Of a stretch of 64,000 nt of DNA, positions 1 to 12,422 are shown piece after piece. A model generated the notes under the pieces. It was not told the DNA's origin. It saw nothing but the letters and a program-made list of their open reading frames with translations, and made no database searches. The stretch is from Sphaerodactylus townsendi (lineage: Eukaryota). Location of the stretch: contig NC_059432.1 of NCBI RefSeq assembly GCF_021028975.2, forward strand, positions 65,720,001-65,784,000, in the 5' to 3' direction. Position numbers and translations under genes: made by a program. Within the stretch, counting starts at the first letter, position 1; each line of letters opens with the position of its first letter.

Positions 1-244
1 TGATATCAGCCAGAGTTTGGTGATGTTTACGGTTCAGGGGGTCCAAAGTTATGGATCCCCAAAAGTGGAGTGCTCCCATCCCCATTGTTGGTGTTTTCCA
101 ATAAGGAAGCTAATAGTAGATGGGGCTACCCTTTTGAGGAGTCCAATAACTTTGGACCCCCCTGAACCAAACTTCACCAAACTTCTGGGTGGTGGTATCA
201 TCAAGAGGGTCTCCTAAAAGATACTCTGAAAATGTTGGTACCCT

Positions 245-570
245 GCTAACTATTTATAAACAGTTATTGTTGAAACCATATTGTTCTTGTTGACCCTCTT
301 TTCCACTTCTACAGAGCAAGTTTACTATTTTTTCTCTTTGAAATAAATATTCAAAAACTTATTTAACCTACTGGATGCCTCCAATCTAATGTAAATTTTA
401 TTGGTATCTATTTTTATTTTTGAAATTCTACCAGTAGCTGCTGCATTCCCCACCCCTCGACTTTATATGTGAGGTCAAATAAGTTTTCCCAGTTTTTTTG
501 TGGTAAAATTAGGGTGCCTCGAGCTTTATATCGCGGGTCGACTTAGGTATCACAGGAGTAATATACAGTA
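245..570 (-). mobile_element. Tc1/mariner (Tc2/pogo-like) non-autonomous element fragment; mirror at ~22510-22795
   Basis: Mirror copy begins ta-ctgtatatactcctgtataagtcgacccgcatataagtcgagg, resembling Tc2-type CCGTATATACTCGAGTATAAGCCGA termini with repeated ataagtcga. Confidence 0.55.
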
Positions 571-899
571 TTCATAAAATAGAAAAACACAAACAAGTTA
601 ATGTTATTTAAAGTTGTTTACCAAGGCACCCATATGGAAACAAGAATAAGTTACAGACTTTTTTTAATATATTGTACCCTTTGAAATAATAGAAGATAGA
701 ATATTTACATTGCTACCATTTTGTTGTTGTGAGTATTCTCTCAGCCCTTGGAGCCCCCATTATTATTTAGTGAAAGATATAGACAATTTTAACTATACAT
801 GCACTATGCACACATACAGAAGGATGTTGTGTTACTTCCCATAGCTCTCCACACAGAATAAGCCTATGGGTGAGATCCAGATATTAAAATGTCATGTAT

Positions 900-1090
900 A
901 GAGATAAAGGCAAGCACTGGGTCACTCCTGCACAGTGAGATCACATCACATCCACAACATTTACTAGAGGCAGACTATGTCTATGTCTGTAGGTGGTTTG
1001 CCATTGCCTTCCCCAGCTGTCTACACTTTACCCCTGCAAGCTGGGTAGTCATTTCTGCCAACCTTGGAAAGGATGAGTCAATCTTGAGCA
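900..1090 (-). mobile_element. Sauria SINE fragment; mirror at ~22030-22210
   Basis: ggtggtttgccattgccttcccc...gcaagctgggtagtcatt...ccaaccttggaaaggatgagtcaatcttgagc resembles the Sauria SINE body. Confidence 0.65.
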
Positions 1091-2039
1091 ACATGTATCC
1101 ATTATAAATTTGATGTGTGAAGGTTTGCCTAGAAAGATCCCAGTACTAAAGTGGGGAAATCAACCATACATATTAATCTACACCATTGTACTAATGCAAG
1201 AATTAGCCCCCTCATCTTGCAGTAGCGACTACTAGAGATCAGTGCCATATCTTTTGAGGTATGCTGCAACAGAAAATGCTGCAATTCCTGCTTGAGATTC
1301 ACTATACTCACCATGAAGGCATTTAACACGAAGAAAAGTAAATACTAAATTGTACACTGTTCAATTTCCCAGGCATATGCAATGTTGAATTCAGAGCAAT
1401 TATATATTTTGAGGGTGAGATTAGACAAACCAATTTAAAACACATACACTCTCTCTCCCACACACACACACAGGAGGTCAAGGGAACCATATTAAGGAAG
1501 TATATATAACCTAAGCTTAATTTACTGAAAATACTATACAGGGCTGTATGTGATTGGTATGGTATCCTGGGGGGCAACTTAGTATTATTACCTGGGGACA
1601 ATCAAATTACCACATCTCTCTCAATAGCTTTACTAATGACCTACAAAATTTTTACTCAAAAATCATCTCATCATAGCTTCAAAGCTGCAAGAAAAGTTCA
1701 CAAAGCTGAAGAATAAAAGGGGAAAGCCTCCTTTTAGCAGATTGGGAGGGATAAGCAAAAGCTACAAATACTAACAACACAGGAGAATATGGTGATAGTC
1801 TGAAAGTAGGTTAGGGTTCATTAAGATTTTCTGCATAGCTAAATTTAATGGCACTCTAGAAATCCTTGAAGAACCATCTTCTAAAAGCCTCTGAACAATT
1901 CGAGAAAACAAAGTATCCTCATCTATAGATTTATTATAAACATAGCAGAATGATAATGGAAACCCTTGGATACTTCTATCATTGAGGATTCCTTCTGCTC
2001 TCACGGTAAGGAGGGAATTTTGATCTCTAGGTTATTCCC

Positions 2040-2404
2040 ACTACGGCTTTTCTGGGAGGCAGGACTAATTTATCACTTACTGTCTCTGTAGATGGGGAAT
2101 CTCCTGAGCCCAGTTTATGTGATTTCCAAGCTAAGAATAAGAAGGACAGGGAAGGAATATAATAAGCTTAAAGAACATTAACTGTTCAGAACCAGGTGAA
2201 AAACATTTTTTGTAACCTATGTCGCGTTAAGGACAACAGATAAGAATGTAAGAAGTTTATTATGTATTTTATTGTGAGGAAGGGAAATGAATCAGGTCTT
2301 CTATTCCCTTCAATGAAGAGCAGAAGTACATAAACATTCAGTTTTTTTGGTTCTGAGACTTATCCTACTGCAGATGATTCTTGGACTGCAGACAGTCTTA
2401 TCTG

Positions 2405-2449
<45 letters not shown>

Positions 2450-5350
2450 TCTCTTTTTGGGTGGGCAAGATACACTCTTTATCTCTCAGAGCAGGAGGGA
2501 GTCCTCATGAAGTGAAAGTATCTAAGGTTCCACTCTCACTCTCTGAGGGGAAGGCATCTTGAACTTGGAGACATCCAACAGCTGTGTTCCTCAATCCAGA
2601 TGGGAACTAGTTAAAATTCACCACATGCTGCAGTACACCTGCTGTCTGAAGGCTGTGTCTGCTGATGGATGAAAAAAGAGTTAACTTTGTGAGTGTCTGG
2701 CAAAAGTTGAGATAGAAAAAAAATAATGCGTGGTCACCTACATATCTCTTCCACTTGAGGCATTGTCAGTAAGAGTTGCAGCATCAGTAGCTGCACTTCT
2801 TACTGAGTGTGCTATGATGCCAGGAGGGTATGGGAATGTTACTGGCTCCTGTAGGCATAGAAACAACATTGCCCTGTTGTTATAGCTTATTGCTGATCTG
2901 GACATAATCTTGGGTTTAACAGGTTCCATGTGATTGAGTTGGCACCATCCCACAAAAAAGCTTTCCTATGAGGATTTTGGTGTATGTATGCTTAAAAAAG
3001 GCCATGAAGATTTTGGCGATTTCTGGTGCATTACCTGGCTTCAGTAGCGTCATTCTTTACAAGAACCACAGTCAGCCACTCCTAGGATTTGGGTTGTTAT
3101 ACTGGACCTTATCATAGCATGTCTTAAAGCTCTTCCATCAGGGATTTGGAGACTTTATAGTCTGAAAGGCTTCTCTCTGGAGTCACAATGACGACTCAAC
3201 ACCCACTCCCTGATGTTACCTTCCTCAATTCCACTTGTTCCACCTGTTGGATGATGCAGAAGAATTGTGGTAGTAGATTTCAAACTGAGACAAAGGCAAA
3301 TAGATCCAACCCTAGGGAAATGAATCTATTTGCAATTAGTTGAAAGGTCTTCCTCTTGAGTGACCACTCATTCCTCATCAACAGTCTCTGTCTGTCCAAC
3401 CAGTGAACTTGCATGTGTTGAGAGTCCGTGAATGTGCTTGACCAAAATCAACTGTACATGTGTTTCTGCCCACATGAGGATGCTTTCTGCTTCCCAATGG
3501 AGAATGGAAGACCTGTTTTGTTACGACATGCACATTGGTAAAGATGGTGTATGTACTCATGAGGATGTGTTGTCCTTGAATCTCACAGTGGTTTGGAATC
3601 TTTATAAGCACCATCTTGATGGCCCTGAGCTCCAGAGACAGCTGATATTCAATTTCTCTCTTCTCTCTCTGTGTCCAAGAAGGCTTGGGCTGGAGTGTTG
3701 TTGTAAGCAGGCTCCCTCAGCCAACTAGGGCTGGCATCTGCAAAGATCTGGATTTATCCCATCTTAGCTTGCTGGGCTTGGTCCACCAAATCATGCTTTC
3801 TTTGTTTCCTTAATCAACAGAGGTACCAGAGTCAGTTTCATTTCCCTTTCTTTGTAAGATTGCTAACGGGTAAGGGACAAAGAAACTACTGAAGCAGACC
3901 AGAGTGTAGAAACAAGCCCATAGAACCCTATGCATGATATCATCCAGTCTCTTTAGTTGGGTCCTGAGGTCATTACCTGTGCAAACTTTGGCATTGACAG
4001 TGGCCTTGGCCAAGCCTGAATCTCTTGTTGGCCTTTTTCCCTGGAGAGTATCATGTATGGTCCTCTTTGCAGTGTCTATAAGCTGACTCCTACATTCTGT
4101 AACTATGAAAAAATATGTGGAATATACTGACCCTGAACAACACTTGTACCCGGAAGCTTCCATGGGGCTCTAGTTGCTCTTATCTTAAAACAGAGGGTGC
4201 TATAGTGGTTGAGGTCCTTTGAGTGTGTTTCTCTTCGCTGACAATTCTGGAAAGGGAAGAGGGGTAAACTATGATGTATCTGAATTTGATGATTTGTTGC
4301 CTTGACCCAGTGGTTTGTTTTGTGACGCTGGCAAACCACTGGAGTTCCAGAAGTGCTGAAGTCCTTCCAACCCAGGGGCTTGGTACCACTGTTTTCATTG
4401 CTTGATCTGCCTGTACCATTGTTTTCATTGCTTGATCTGCCTGTAGCTCTTGACAGAGTGATAAGGTTGAAATTAAGATGACCTGCTGAAAATGAGAGCC
4501 TCTATGAAAGGACCCTCTGTTACTTGACCACTGAAATCTCCCATGGTCAGGTCTGCTCCAAGGTAATGCACGGCATGCCTATACCTATCAATGGGAACAT
4601 GTGGAGGAGGGACTGAGGGGGGTGATGTGATATTTTGGATGGGGCAGGGAGAGGAGGACATCTGAATATGCTGTAATTCTTCTCAAAGGGCCCTCCTGAC
4701 TACCTCCATAAGGCCTATGGGGAAAGACGTCTGCATTCCCCACAACCTTGAGTGGTGGTGTGTGAAGTACATTACCCTTTGGATTCTGCTCCATCTCCTT
4801 CATCTGGTTCAATGGTTATGGTCCAGAGTGGTGTTTCTGCCATCATAGTCACTCAGGGCCAAACTGGTAGCCATGAGGCCATTTTTCCAATCAAGGCCCT
4901 TTCCATGCCATTTTTATGCAGCGTGATTTGCTGCTTTCATTTTGGCGCCAAGGTCTCCCATGCCTGTTCTCTCTCTACTTCACTGCTCCTGAGGCTTCTG
5001 GGGATCAGGCCATCTCCTGGAGGCAGAGAGGATAGCAGATCTAAGTCCATGTCCTTTCTGGGAGGAAGCTACCCCTGAAGGGCTGCTTTTAAGCCTCAAA
5101 TTCCACCATGAGTGGGGACAGTGAGAAGGACAAAGAAGGAGAAAGGCAGGTGCAAATAACCTGTGGAAGAGATCAAAAGGCTGAGGATTTTTAGCAACAG
5201 GAACAGACCAAAGAATTTGGTAGAGCTGTTAGTAGGGAAAGGTATAGTTCTGTAGAGTGCTCTCCCTGAGCGAGAGGAAGTAAACTGGGCACAGGAGTTT
5301 CCCGCCTAGGAGTCAGGAATTGACCAATTAGTCCTACCTTCCTTAAAAGT
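2040..5350 (-). mobile_element. Degenerate, internally deleted DIRS-type tyrosine-recombinase retrotransposon; mirror at ~18055-21185 (+)
   Basis: RNase H-like INISVLELRAIKMVL..QGQHIL (~3500-3660) and YR-like PPGIIAHSVRSAATDAA (~2780-2830), with gag-like remnants at 3850-4900. Inverted termini: 2047-2118 matches the reverse complement of 5281-5350. Confidence 0.85.
2411..2446. repeat. (CT)n microsatellite; mirror (GA)n at ~20820-20850
   Basis: Direct reading. Confidence 0.95.
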
Positions 5351-5524
5351 TAACAGTTTTATCAGTTAGCTTCCCACTATAGCTTCACACATCCCTGCAT
5401 GCTAATTATATACTATATATTGCAAGTCTTCACATAGATTTGTTTATAAATAATTATTCATTTAAAAATTAAAACAGAATGAAGCACAATCTGAAAAATA
5501 TATTCAAAGAAAAAATAAGCATCA

Positions 5525-5653
<129 letters not shown>

Positions 5654-6124
5654 TTAAATTATTTTTTTAAAGAGAACATAGATTAAATAATTGAATCTAA
5701 TACAACTTCTACCTTTAAACAAATTAAAAGGATTATTCTAGTTGCATACACTCTTATGCATACCACGAGAAAGTGCAGATCTGTTTACTAGACAACTCCT
5801 GATGGGAAGATGGAAGTGAATTCCAGAAGGATGTTTAGGGAAATGAAAGGGCAAGATGCAGTAGGCAATTGGATCAGCCCCTATTTTACCCCCCCCCCCC
5901 CCCCAAAAAAAAAACCATTTAAAAACTGGGTCAAAAATTTAATGGAGTAAAGATGAGCAGGGCATGACCCCTAAGTATTTTAAAATGTCAGCCAACAATT
6001 TTACTTGTTTTATAGTTAAAACTAAACAGCCTTTTCATCAAGACCAATAAAAAGACTCTGTGTATTTTAACTCTGTGTATAATTATGCCATCTGTGTATA
6101 ATTATGCCATCAAGCTGCAACCAA

Positions 6125-6305
6125 ATCATGATGACCCCAGAACCCTGGGGTGTTCAAAGCAAGAGGTGAGCAGAAGTCATTTGCCACTGCCTTCTTCTGC
6201 ACAGTGACTTGTCTTCCTTGGTAGTCTCCCTTCCAAGTACTAATCATGGCCAACCCTGCTTTGCCTACAAGCTCTGATGAGATTTCACTAAGGCTGCTAC
6301 CGTGA
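6125..6305 (-). mobile_element. 5S rRNA-derived SINE (5S-Sauria-like); mirror at ~17095-17275 (+)
   Basis: Head gaaatctcatcagagcttgtaggcaaagcagggttggccatgattagtacttggaagggagac is a diverged 5S rRNA 3' half, followed by a Sauria-like gcagtggcaaatgac body. Confidence 0.7.
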
Positions 6306-7199
6306 ATTTTTAAGTTCAGGTTATTTCTGCTTTGCTTACTTTCTCCAGCTTCAGTCTTTCCATCTTCTACCATGCTGCTTCCCTAACTCATTTTAAAAAC
6401 TATCAACAATGTAACAGCTTTGTGAACTTGTTCAGAGAGAATTTTAGATGTCTTCAGTGGGTGCAAATGACCATATTGTAAAAACTGATAACAATTAAAA
6501 CAGTTTTTAAAAATACAGAGTAAAAAATTCTACAGGTATGACAAATGTGCATACTTCAATTCTGACAGGCCTAACTGCAAAGCAATAATTAATTCTAAGC
6601 CTAGGTAAATATATATTTAAGTACATCAAAATATTTCTTAAAATGGTCAAGAAAAATCTTGAATCAGCACCACGAAGAGAACTCAATGAAAGTGTCAGTA
6701 GATTTGGGAAAGCCCTGCAATATGTTCTGACAGTAGTGCGGAATTCTTCAAAGTCCTATCATGGAGAGAGTTTCATGAATAGAGATGCCAGCTACGGAAC
6801 CAGAACTCTTCCAATGGTGCAACTTTACACACTTTCTCAGAAGACACACTCCTGAGGGATGTGGCCAGTAGAATAGGAGCCAGCCGTAGAGAAACTCTGC
6901 ATACCTCTATTCATCACCCAATACAATAGTAACAGAGTAAAGCAAGCCATGTAGAAATTTTATTTACATTACATTGAACAGCAGGTATATTTTGGGGTAT
7001 GAAGATTTCCACAAATGCATTTAAGGATATATATTAAGAAGGGGGAAATGACAAAGCATTATCATAAGGCAGCATCCTGGGGGCATTCAGGTGGAGAGAA
7101 TGGAGCTCAGGGTGAACCATATCTTTTTTCAATAAACTTTGCAATGTGTACATTAGATAAGGTAATTCAAGTTGTGAGATTATTTAACAAAGTATTTGG

Positions 7200-8257
7200 T
7201 ATGAGTGTGTTAAGTAATATTAAACAGCTTCTGACTCATGGCGACCCTATGAATCAATGTCCTCCAAAACTGCTATCATTAACAACCTTGCTCAGGTCTT
7301 GCAAACTGAGGTTCAAGGCTTCCTTTATAAAAACCTTTCCCCAAGCACCCGATCTCAAGTTTTTTTCTAGCATTTCATTGTCTTTTCCAGTGATCCCTGT
7401 CTTCTCATAATGTGACCAGGGAAGTACACAATAGTCTCCAGTTTAGTCATTTTAGCTTTTAGGGACAGTTCGGAAGCCTTTGATTTGATTTAGAACCCTT
7501 CCCACTATTTTGGCAGCCCACCATATCTGTAACACTCTCTTCCAATACCACATTTTGAAGGAATCTACTTTTTCCCTGTCAGCTTTCTTCATCATCCAAC
7601 TTTCACACCCACACATAATAATAGGGAATACTATGGTATGGATTAACTTGAACTTGGTTGCTTGTGACACATCCTTACACTTAAGAATTTTTTCTAGCTC
7701 CTTTCATGACTGCTCTTTCCAGTCTCAATCTCCTTCTGATTTTTTGGTAGCAGTCTCACTTTGGGGTCATGGTGGAGCCAAGGAACAGAAAGTCTCCAAC
7801 CATTTCAGTTTTCTTAGTGTCCACCTTAAAGTTGAGTAATTCTGGAGTAATCAATGTTTTTTCTTTTCTTGATGTCCAGCTGCAGTCCTGCTTTGGAACT
7901 TTCTCCTTTAACTTCCATTAGAAACCGTTTCAAGTCTTCACTATTTCCCAGCATTGTGGAATCATGAGCATATTTCAAATTGTTAATGTTCCTCCCCCCC
8001 CACCCTTTCTACTCCACTCCACTTCACTTCATCGAAATCTAATCATATTATATTCTGCATACAGACTGAAGAGATCAGAATATAAAACACATCCTTGACT
8101 AACTCCATTGCCAATTGGAAACCATTCTGTTTCTCCATATTCTGTCCTAACAACAGCTCTTGTCCAGAGTACAGGATGTGCATCAAAACAATCAGATGCA
8201 GTGGGACTGTGACACCAAACTTCAACCAAGCCTGGTATGGTCAAATCAGTTCTATGC
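7200..8257 (-). mobile_element. RTE/BovB-like LINE 3' fragment (RT C-terminal region); mirror at ~15164-16190 (+)
   Basis: VVRTEYGETEWFPIGNGVSQGCVL, GVKIGGRNINNLKYAHD, TIVFPIIMCGCESWMMKKADREKVDSFKMW and 3' gggtcgccatgagtcag are typical of RTE-BovB. Frameshifted. Confidence 0.9.
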
Positions 8258-8442
8258 CAGTGGTTCTCAACATGGGGGTTGGGACCCCTTTGGGGGTCGA
8301 ATGACCCTTTCATAGGGGTCGCCTAAGACACTCCGCATCAGTGTTCTCCATCTGTAAAATGGATAAATGTTAGGGTTGGGGTCACCACAACATGAGGAAC
8401 TGTATTAAAGGGTCGCGGCATTAGGAAGATTGAGAACCACTG
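8258..8442 (+). mobile_element. SPIN (Space Invader) hAT MITE; mirror at 14979-15163
   Basis: TIRs cagtggttctcaa...ttgagaaccactg. Internal gacccctttgggggtcgaatgaccctttcataggggtcgcctaagac and ggggtcaccacaacatgaggaactgtattaaagggtcgcggcattaggaag match the SPIN/URR1 consensus as recalled. Imperfect 8-bp TSD ttctatgc/atatatgc. Confidence 0.9.
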
Positions 8443-9140
8443 ATATATGCGGATCAACTCTGGCAGTTCAAGGCTATGCCTTTTTGGCCTGGATTTAGCT
8501 CACCTTGTATACTGCCTAAGTTTAGAGCAACTCTAGCAGAGGGTCTCTGTGCACATGGAATTCACATTCATCCCTAACTGGATGATGGGAACCTGTTCTA
8601 GGACCTATAATAAATCAGTTTGATTATTCACTGATTAGCCCAGGCCTTGACAAATTTTGTTTTTATCTAGGAACCAGACTTGGCTCACCTAACAGTATTT
8701 TTATTACTGTGTGAGCCAAGCTGAGCATGCCTCTGGAGTAAGGACATAAATAGTAACTTGAAATTAATTTAAACTGCAATTAGACATCCTCAGTGACAAG
8801 CTAAATGCCTCTCATTGACCTTGCTAAAACAACACCAACAATATTCATTCAAAAGCTAAGATCTTGCACTACATTTGAAAAAAACCAAGAAAGGTTCATT
8901 ATTCCTCATGCCTCTATCTTAGACTAACGATATCAGCGAAGTGTGATGACGCATATGCAGACAGTTTATGGGACTTGTACTGGGGAGACAAGGGATCATT
9001 CAAATTCCATCACAGGCACAAGCTCCCAGTTTACTATGTATCAGTCTTCGCCTAAATGACTGTCAAGAAGCCAGTTCTTCTGCTCAGGTCTTCTTGTTGT
9101 TCCCTGTGCTAAGCTTGCCTGGGGCATGTTCAGGCAGACT

Positions 9141-9286
9141 AAGGCTCATTCCGCACATGCAGAATAATGCACTTTCAAACTGCTTTCAATGCTCTTTGAA
9201 GCTGTGCGGAATGGCAAATCCACTTGCAAACAGTTGTGAAAGTGGTTCTGTTTTACGCATTATTTTACATGTGCGGAAGGGGCCTA
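9141..9286. mobile_element. Short MITE (PIF/Harbinger-like); mirror at ~14148-14291
   Basis: TIRs of ~28 bp: aggctcattccgcacatgcagaataatgc vs gcattattttacatgtgcggaaggggcct. Confidence 0.7.
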
Positions 9287-9399
9287 CCTGTGCCTAGATG
9301 TGCCTAGATGTGAATGACCAGCTGAAGACAACTGTCGGTCATCTTGCTGTGTCATTCCTAGAGGGGGGTATAGTTCTCTTGTAACTGACTGGGTTAAGA

Positions 9400-10545
9400 A
9401 GGAATGCCCACGTGGGGTATTTCTTTAGATAAAAAGAGTATGAGCTAAACAACCATTGGTGATAAACCTGTGGAAGGTCCGTTTCAGCTTAGTTAAGGAG
9501 GACATCTTGGATGATTCTTGCCACTTAGCCAGGGAGGCAAGAACAAGATCTTCCGGTTTCTGGCAGGAACTACCACCTCTCTCTCAGTTCAGGAACTCTA
9601 ACTAGCAGCTAACGTAATGTCAATCATAACCTAAACTTTAGTGAGCCTTGCTAACACTTAGAGAGTATAGAAAAATGTTAAGGGAGAAACAGAGAAGGGA
9701 CGAGGGAAGAAAAAAAAACATGTACAGCTGTTGCAAGATGGATGTGTGGGAGGGCAAAATATCCTCCTTAACTCAGCTGACAAGGACCTTTCATGGTTAA
9801 GAACCAATGGTTATTTTCCTGCTGAGCAGGAGGACATCTTCAGGACCACCAAAAGCAGTGTCCCTAGGAAATGGGAGGGTTGTCAACATTTGTCTCGGGG
9901 CCATGCTGAAGAATCCACCTTCCAAAGGCCACATCAAGGTGAGCTAAAGATATTGATTCTGTAGTGGCAAATGAACATTGAAACTGACAACCAAGTAGCA
10001 GCCCTCCATATCTCATCAAGAGAGGTGTTCTGGGTCATGGCTGTATTATGTAGTGAGTAAGCTGTGATCCCCAATGGAGGGGCTAACTTCTGTGCTCTGT
10101 AAGCCTCCACAATACAGTTTTTGAGGCATCTGCTGATGGTAGAAGTGGATATCTTACATCCTGAGTTTGGAGGAGAAACCATGGAAGAACATAGTTTCTG
10201 GACTCTATAGAAACTTTACATTCTGAGCTTTTAAGGTTTTTTGTCATCTAGTGTGTGCCATTTTACATCTTTCAGATGTTGGGTTTGGGAGCAAATGTCA
10301 GTAGGCATATTTCCTGTTGCTGGTGAAACTGTGAGTTAATCTTGGGAACGAGGGTAGGTTCAGCTCTCAACATAACCTTCTCCTTGTGGAAACATACAGG
10401 TTTGAACTAACTGAAAGGGCCTAAAGCTCCAAGATCCTCTGGGCCAAGGTCACTGCCACTAAGAATATTACCTTCATATGTAAAAAAATTTAGCAGAATG
10501 TCCATAATGGACTTGAAGGGTGAAGCCATGAGGACATTTAGGACT
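9400..10545 (-). mobile_element. Second DIRS fragment (tyrosine recombinase C-terminal part plus 3' end); mirror at ~12890-14030 (+)
   Basis: VLNVLMASPFKSI..KVIFLVAVTLAQRILEL..FHKEKVMLR..PKINSQFH and KISTSTISRCLKNCI..GITAYSL..EIWRAATW..FICHY match DIRS1 YR motifs. Confidence 0.85.
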
Positions 10546-10997
10546 ATTGTAACTCGCTCTACGCGGGCCTTCCCTTGCGCCTGATCCGGAAACTGAAATT
10601 GGTGCAACATGCAGCGGCCCGGTTGCTCACAGGGGGCGCCTTTCGTGAACATATTTCCCCTGTGCTGCGCCGCCTGCATTGGCTGCCCATCGAATTCCGA
10701 ATCATGTTCAAGGTGTGGGTGTTGACCTTCAAGGCCTTACGCGGCCTGGGACCCTCGTACCTTCGGGACCGCATTACCCCATATGTCCCAGCTCGTCCTC
10801 TGCGATCAGCAGAGGCGAATCTACTGGAGATCCCTGGCCCCTCGATGACGCGGCTGGCCTCCACATGGGCCAGGGCCTTTACAGCTCTGGCACCGGCCTG
10901 GTGGAACACATTACCATCAGCTGTTCGGGCCTGCGGGACCTTGGAGAGTTCCGCAGGGCCTGTAAAACCGAATTGTTCCACCGGGCCTTTGGAGAGT
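10545..10997 (+). mobile_element. L2 LINE ORF2 3' fragment; mirror at ~12425-12890 (-)
   Basis: DYCNSLYAGLPLRLIRKLKLVQHAAARLLTG..EHISPVLRRLHWLPIEFRIMFKV is the canonical L2 C-terminal domain. Confidence 0.92.
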
Positions 10998-11671
10998 CAT
11001 AAGAACATAAGAACATAAGAACAAGCCAGCTGGATCAGACCAAAGTCCATCTAGTCCAGCTCTCTGCTACTCGCAGTGGCCCACCAGGTGCCTTTGGGAG
11101 CTCACATGTAGGATGTGAATGCAATGGCCTTCTGCGACTGTTGCTCCCGATCACCTGGTCTGTTAAGGCATTTGCAATCTCAGATCAAAGAGGATCAAGA
11201 TTGGTAGCCATAAATCGACTTCTCCTCCATAAATCTGTCCAAGCCCCTTTTAAAGCTATCCAGGTTAGTGGCCATCACCACCTCCTGTGGCAGCATATTC
11301 CAAACCACCAATCTACACGCTATGGCGTGAAGAAGTGTTTCCTTTTATTAGTCCTAATTCTTCCCCCCAGCATTTTCAATGAATGCCCCTGGTTCTAGTA
11401 TTGTGAGAAAGAGAGAAAAATTTCTCTCTGTCCACATTTTCTACCCCATGCATAATTTTGTAGACTTCAATCATATCCCCCCCCTCAGCCAGCCTCTCCT
11501 CTCCAAAACTAAAGAGTCCCAAACGCTGCAGCCTCTCCTCATAGGGAAGGTGCTCCAGTCCCTCAATCATCCTTGTTGCCCTTCTCTGCACTTTTTCTAT
11601 CTCAATCAATATCCTTTTTTTTTGAGATCGCGCTGCGACCAAGAACTGGACACAGTACTCCAAGTGCGGTC

Positions 11672-11771
11672 NNNNNNNNNNNNNNNNNNNNNNNNNNNNN
11701 NNNNNNNNNNNNNNNNNNNNNNNNNNNNNNNNNNNNNNNNNNNNNNNNNNNNNNNNNNNNNNNNNNNNNNN
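11672..11771. other. Assembly gap (100 N)
   Basis: Run of exactly 100 N, the usual placeholder for a gap of unknown size. Confidence 0.99.
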
Positions 11772-12422
11772 GACCGCACTTGGAGTACTGTGTCCAGTTC
11801 TTGGTCACGCATCTCAAAAAAGGATATTGATGAGATAGAAAAAGTGCAGAGAAGGGCAACATGGGATGATTGAGGGACTGGAGCACCTTCCCTATGAGGA
11901 GAGGCTACAGTGTTTGGGACCTCTTTTAGTTTGGAGAGGAGGCGGCTGAGGGGGGATATGATTGAAGTCTACAAAATTATGCATGGGGTAGAAAATGTTG
12001 ACAGAGAGAAATTTTTCTCTCTTTCTCACAATACTAGAACCAGGGGGCATTCATTGAAAATGCTGGGGGGAAGAATTAGGACTAATAAAAGGAAACACTT
12101 CTTCACGCAACGTGTCATTGGTGTTTGGAATATGCTGCCACAGGAGGTGGTGATGGCCACTAACCTGGATAGCTTTAAAAGGGGCTTGGACAGATTTATG
12201 GAGGAGAAGTCGATTTATGGCTACCAATCTTGATCCTCTTTGATCTGAGATTGCAAATGCCTTAACAGACCAGGTGATCGGGAGCAACAGTCGCAGAAGG
12301 CCATTGCGTTCACATCCTACATGTGAGCTCCCAAAGGCACCTGGCGGGCCACTGCGAGTAGTAGAGCTGGACTAGATGGACTTTGGTCTGATCCAGCTGG
12401 CTTGTTCTTATGTTCTTATGTT
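11772..12422 (+). mobile_element. CR1 LINE 3' end; mirror at ~10997-11671 (-)
   Basis: PHLEYCVQFW..EKVQRRAT..ERRRLRGDMIEVYKIMHG..TRTRGHSLK..FFTQRVIGVWNMLP, ending in a (ttcttatg)n tail typical of CR1. Confidence 0.95.

Noticed and set aside
6072-6110. 19-bp tandem duplication next to a SINE tail
   Set aside because: Both copies lie on the same side of the SINE, so it is not a TSD; ordinary slippage duplication.
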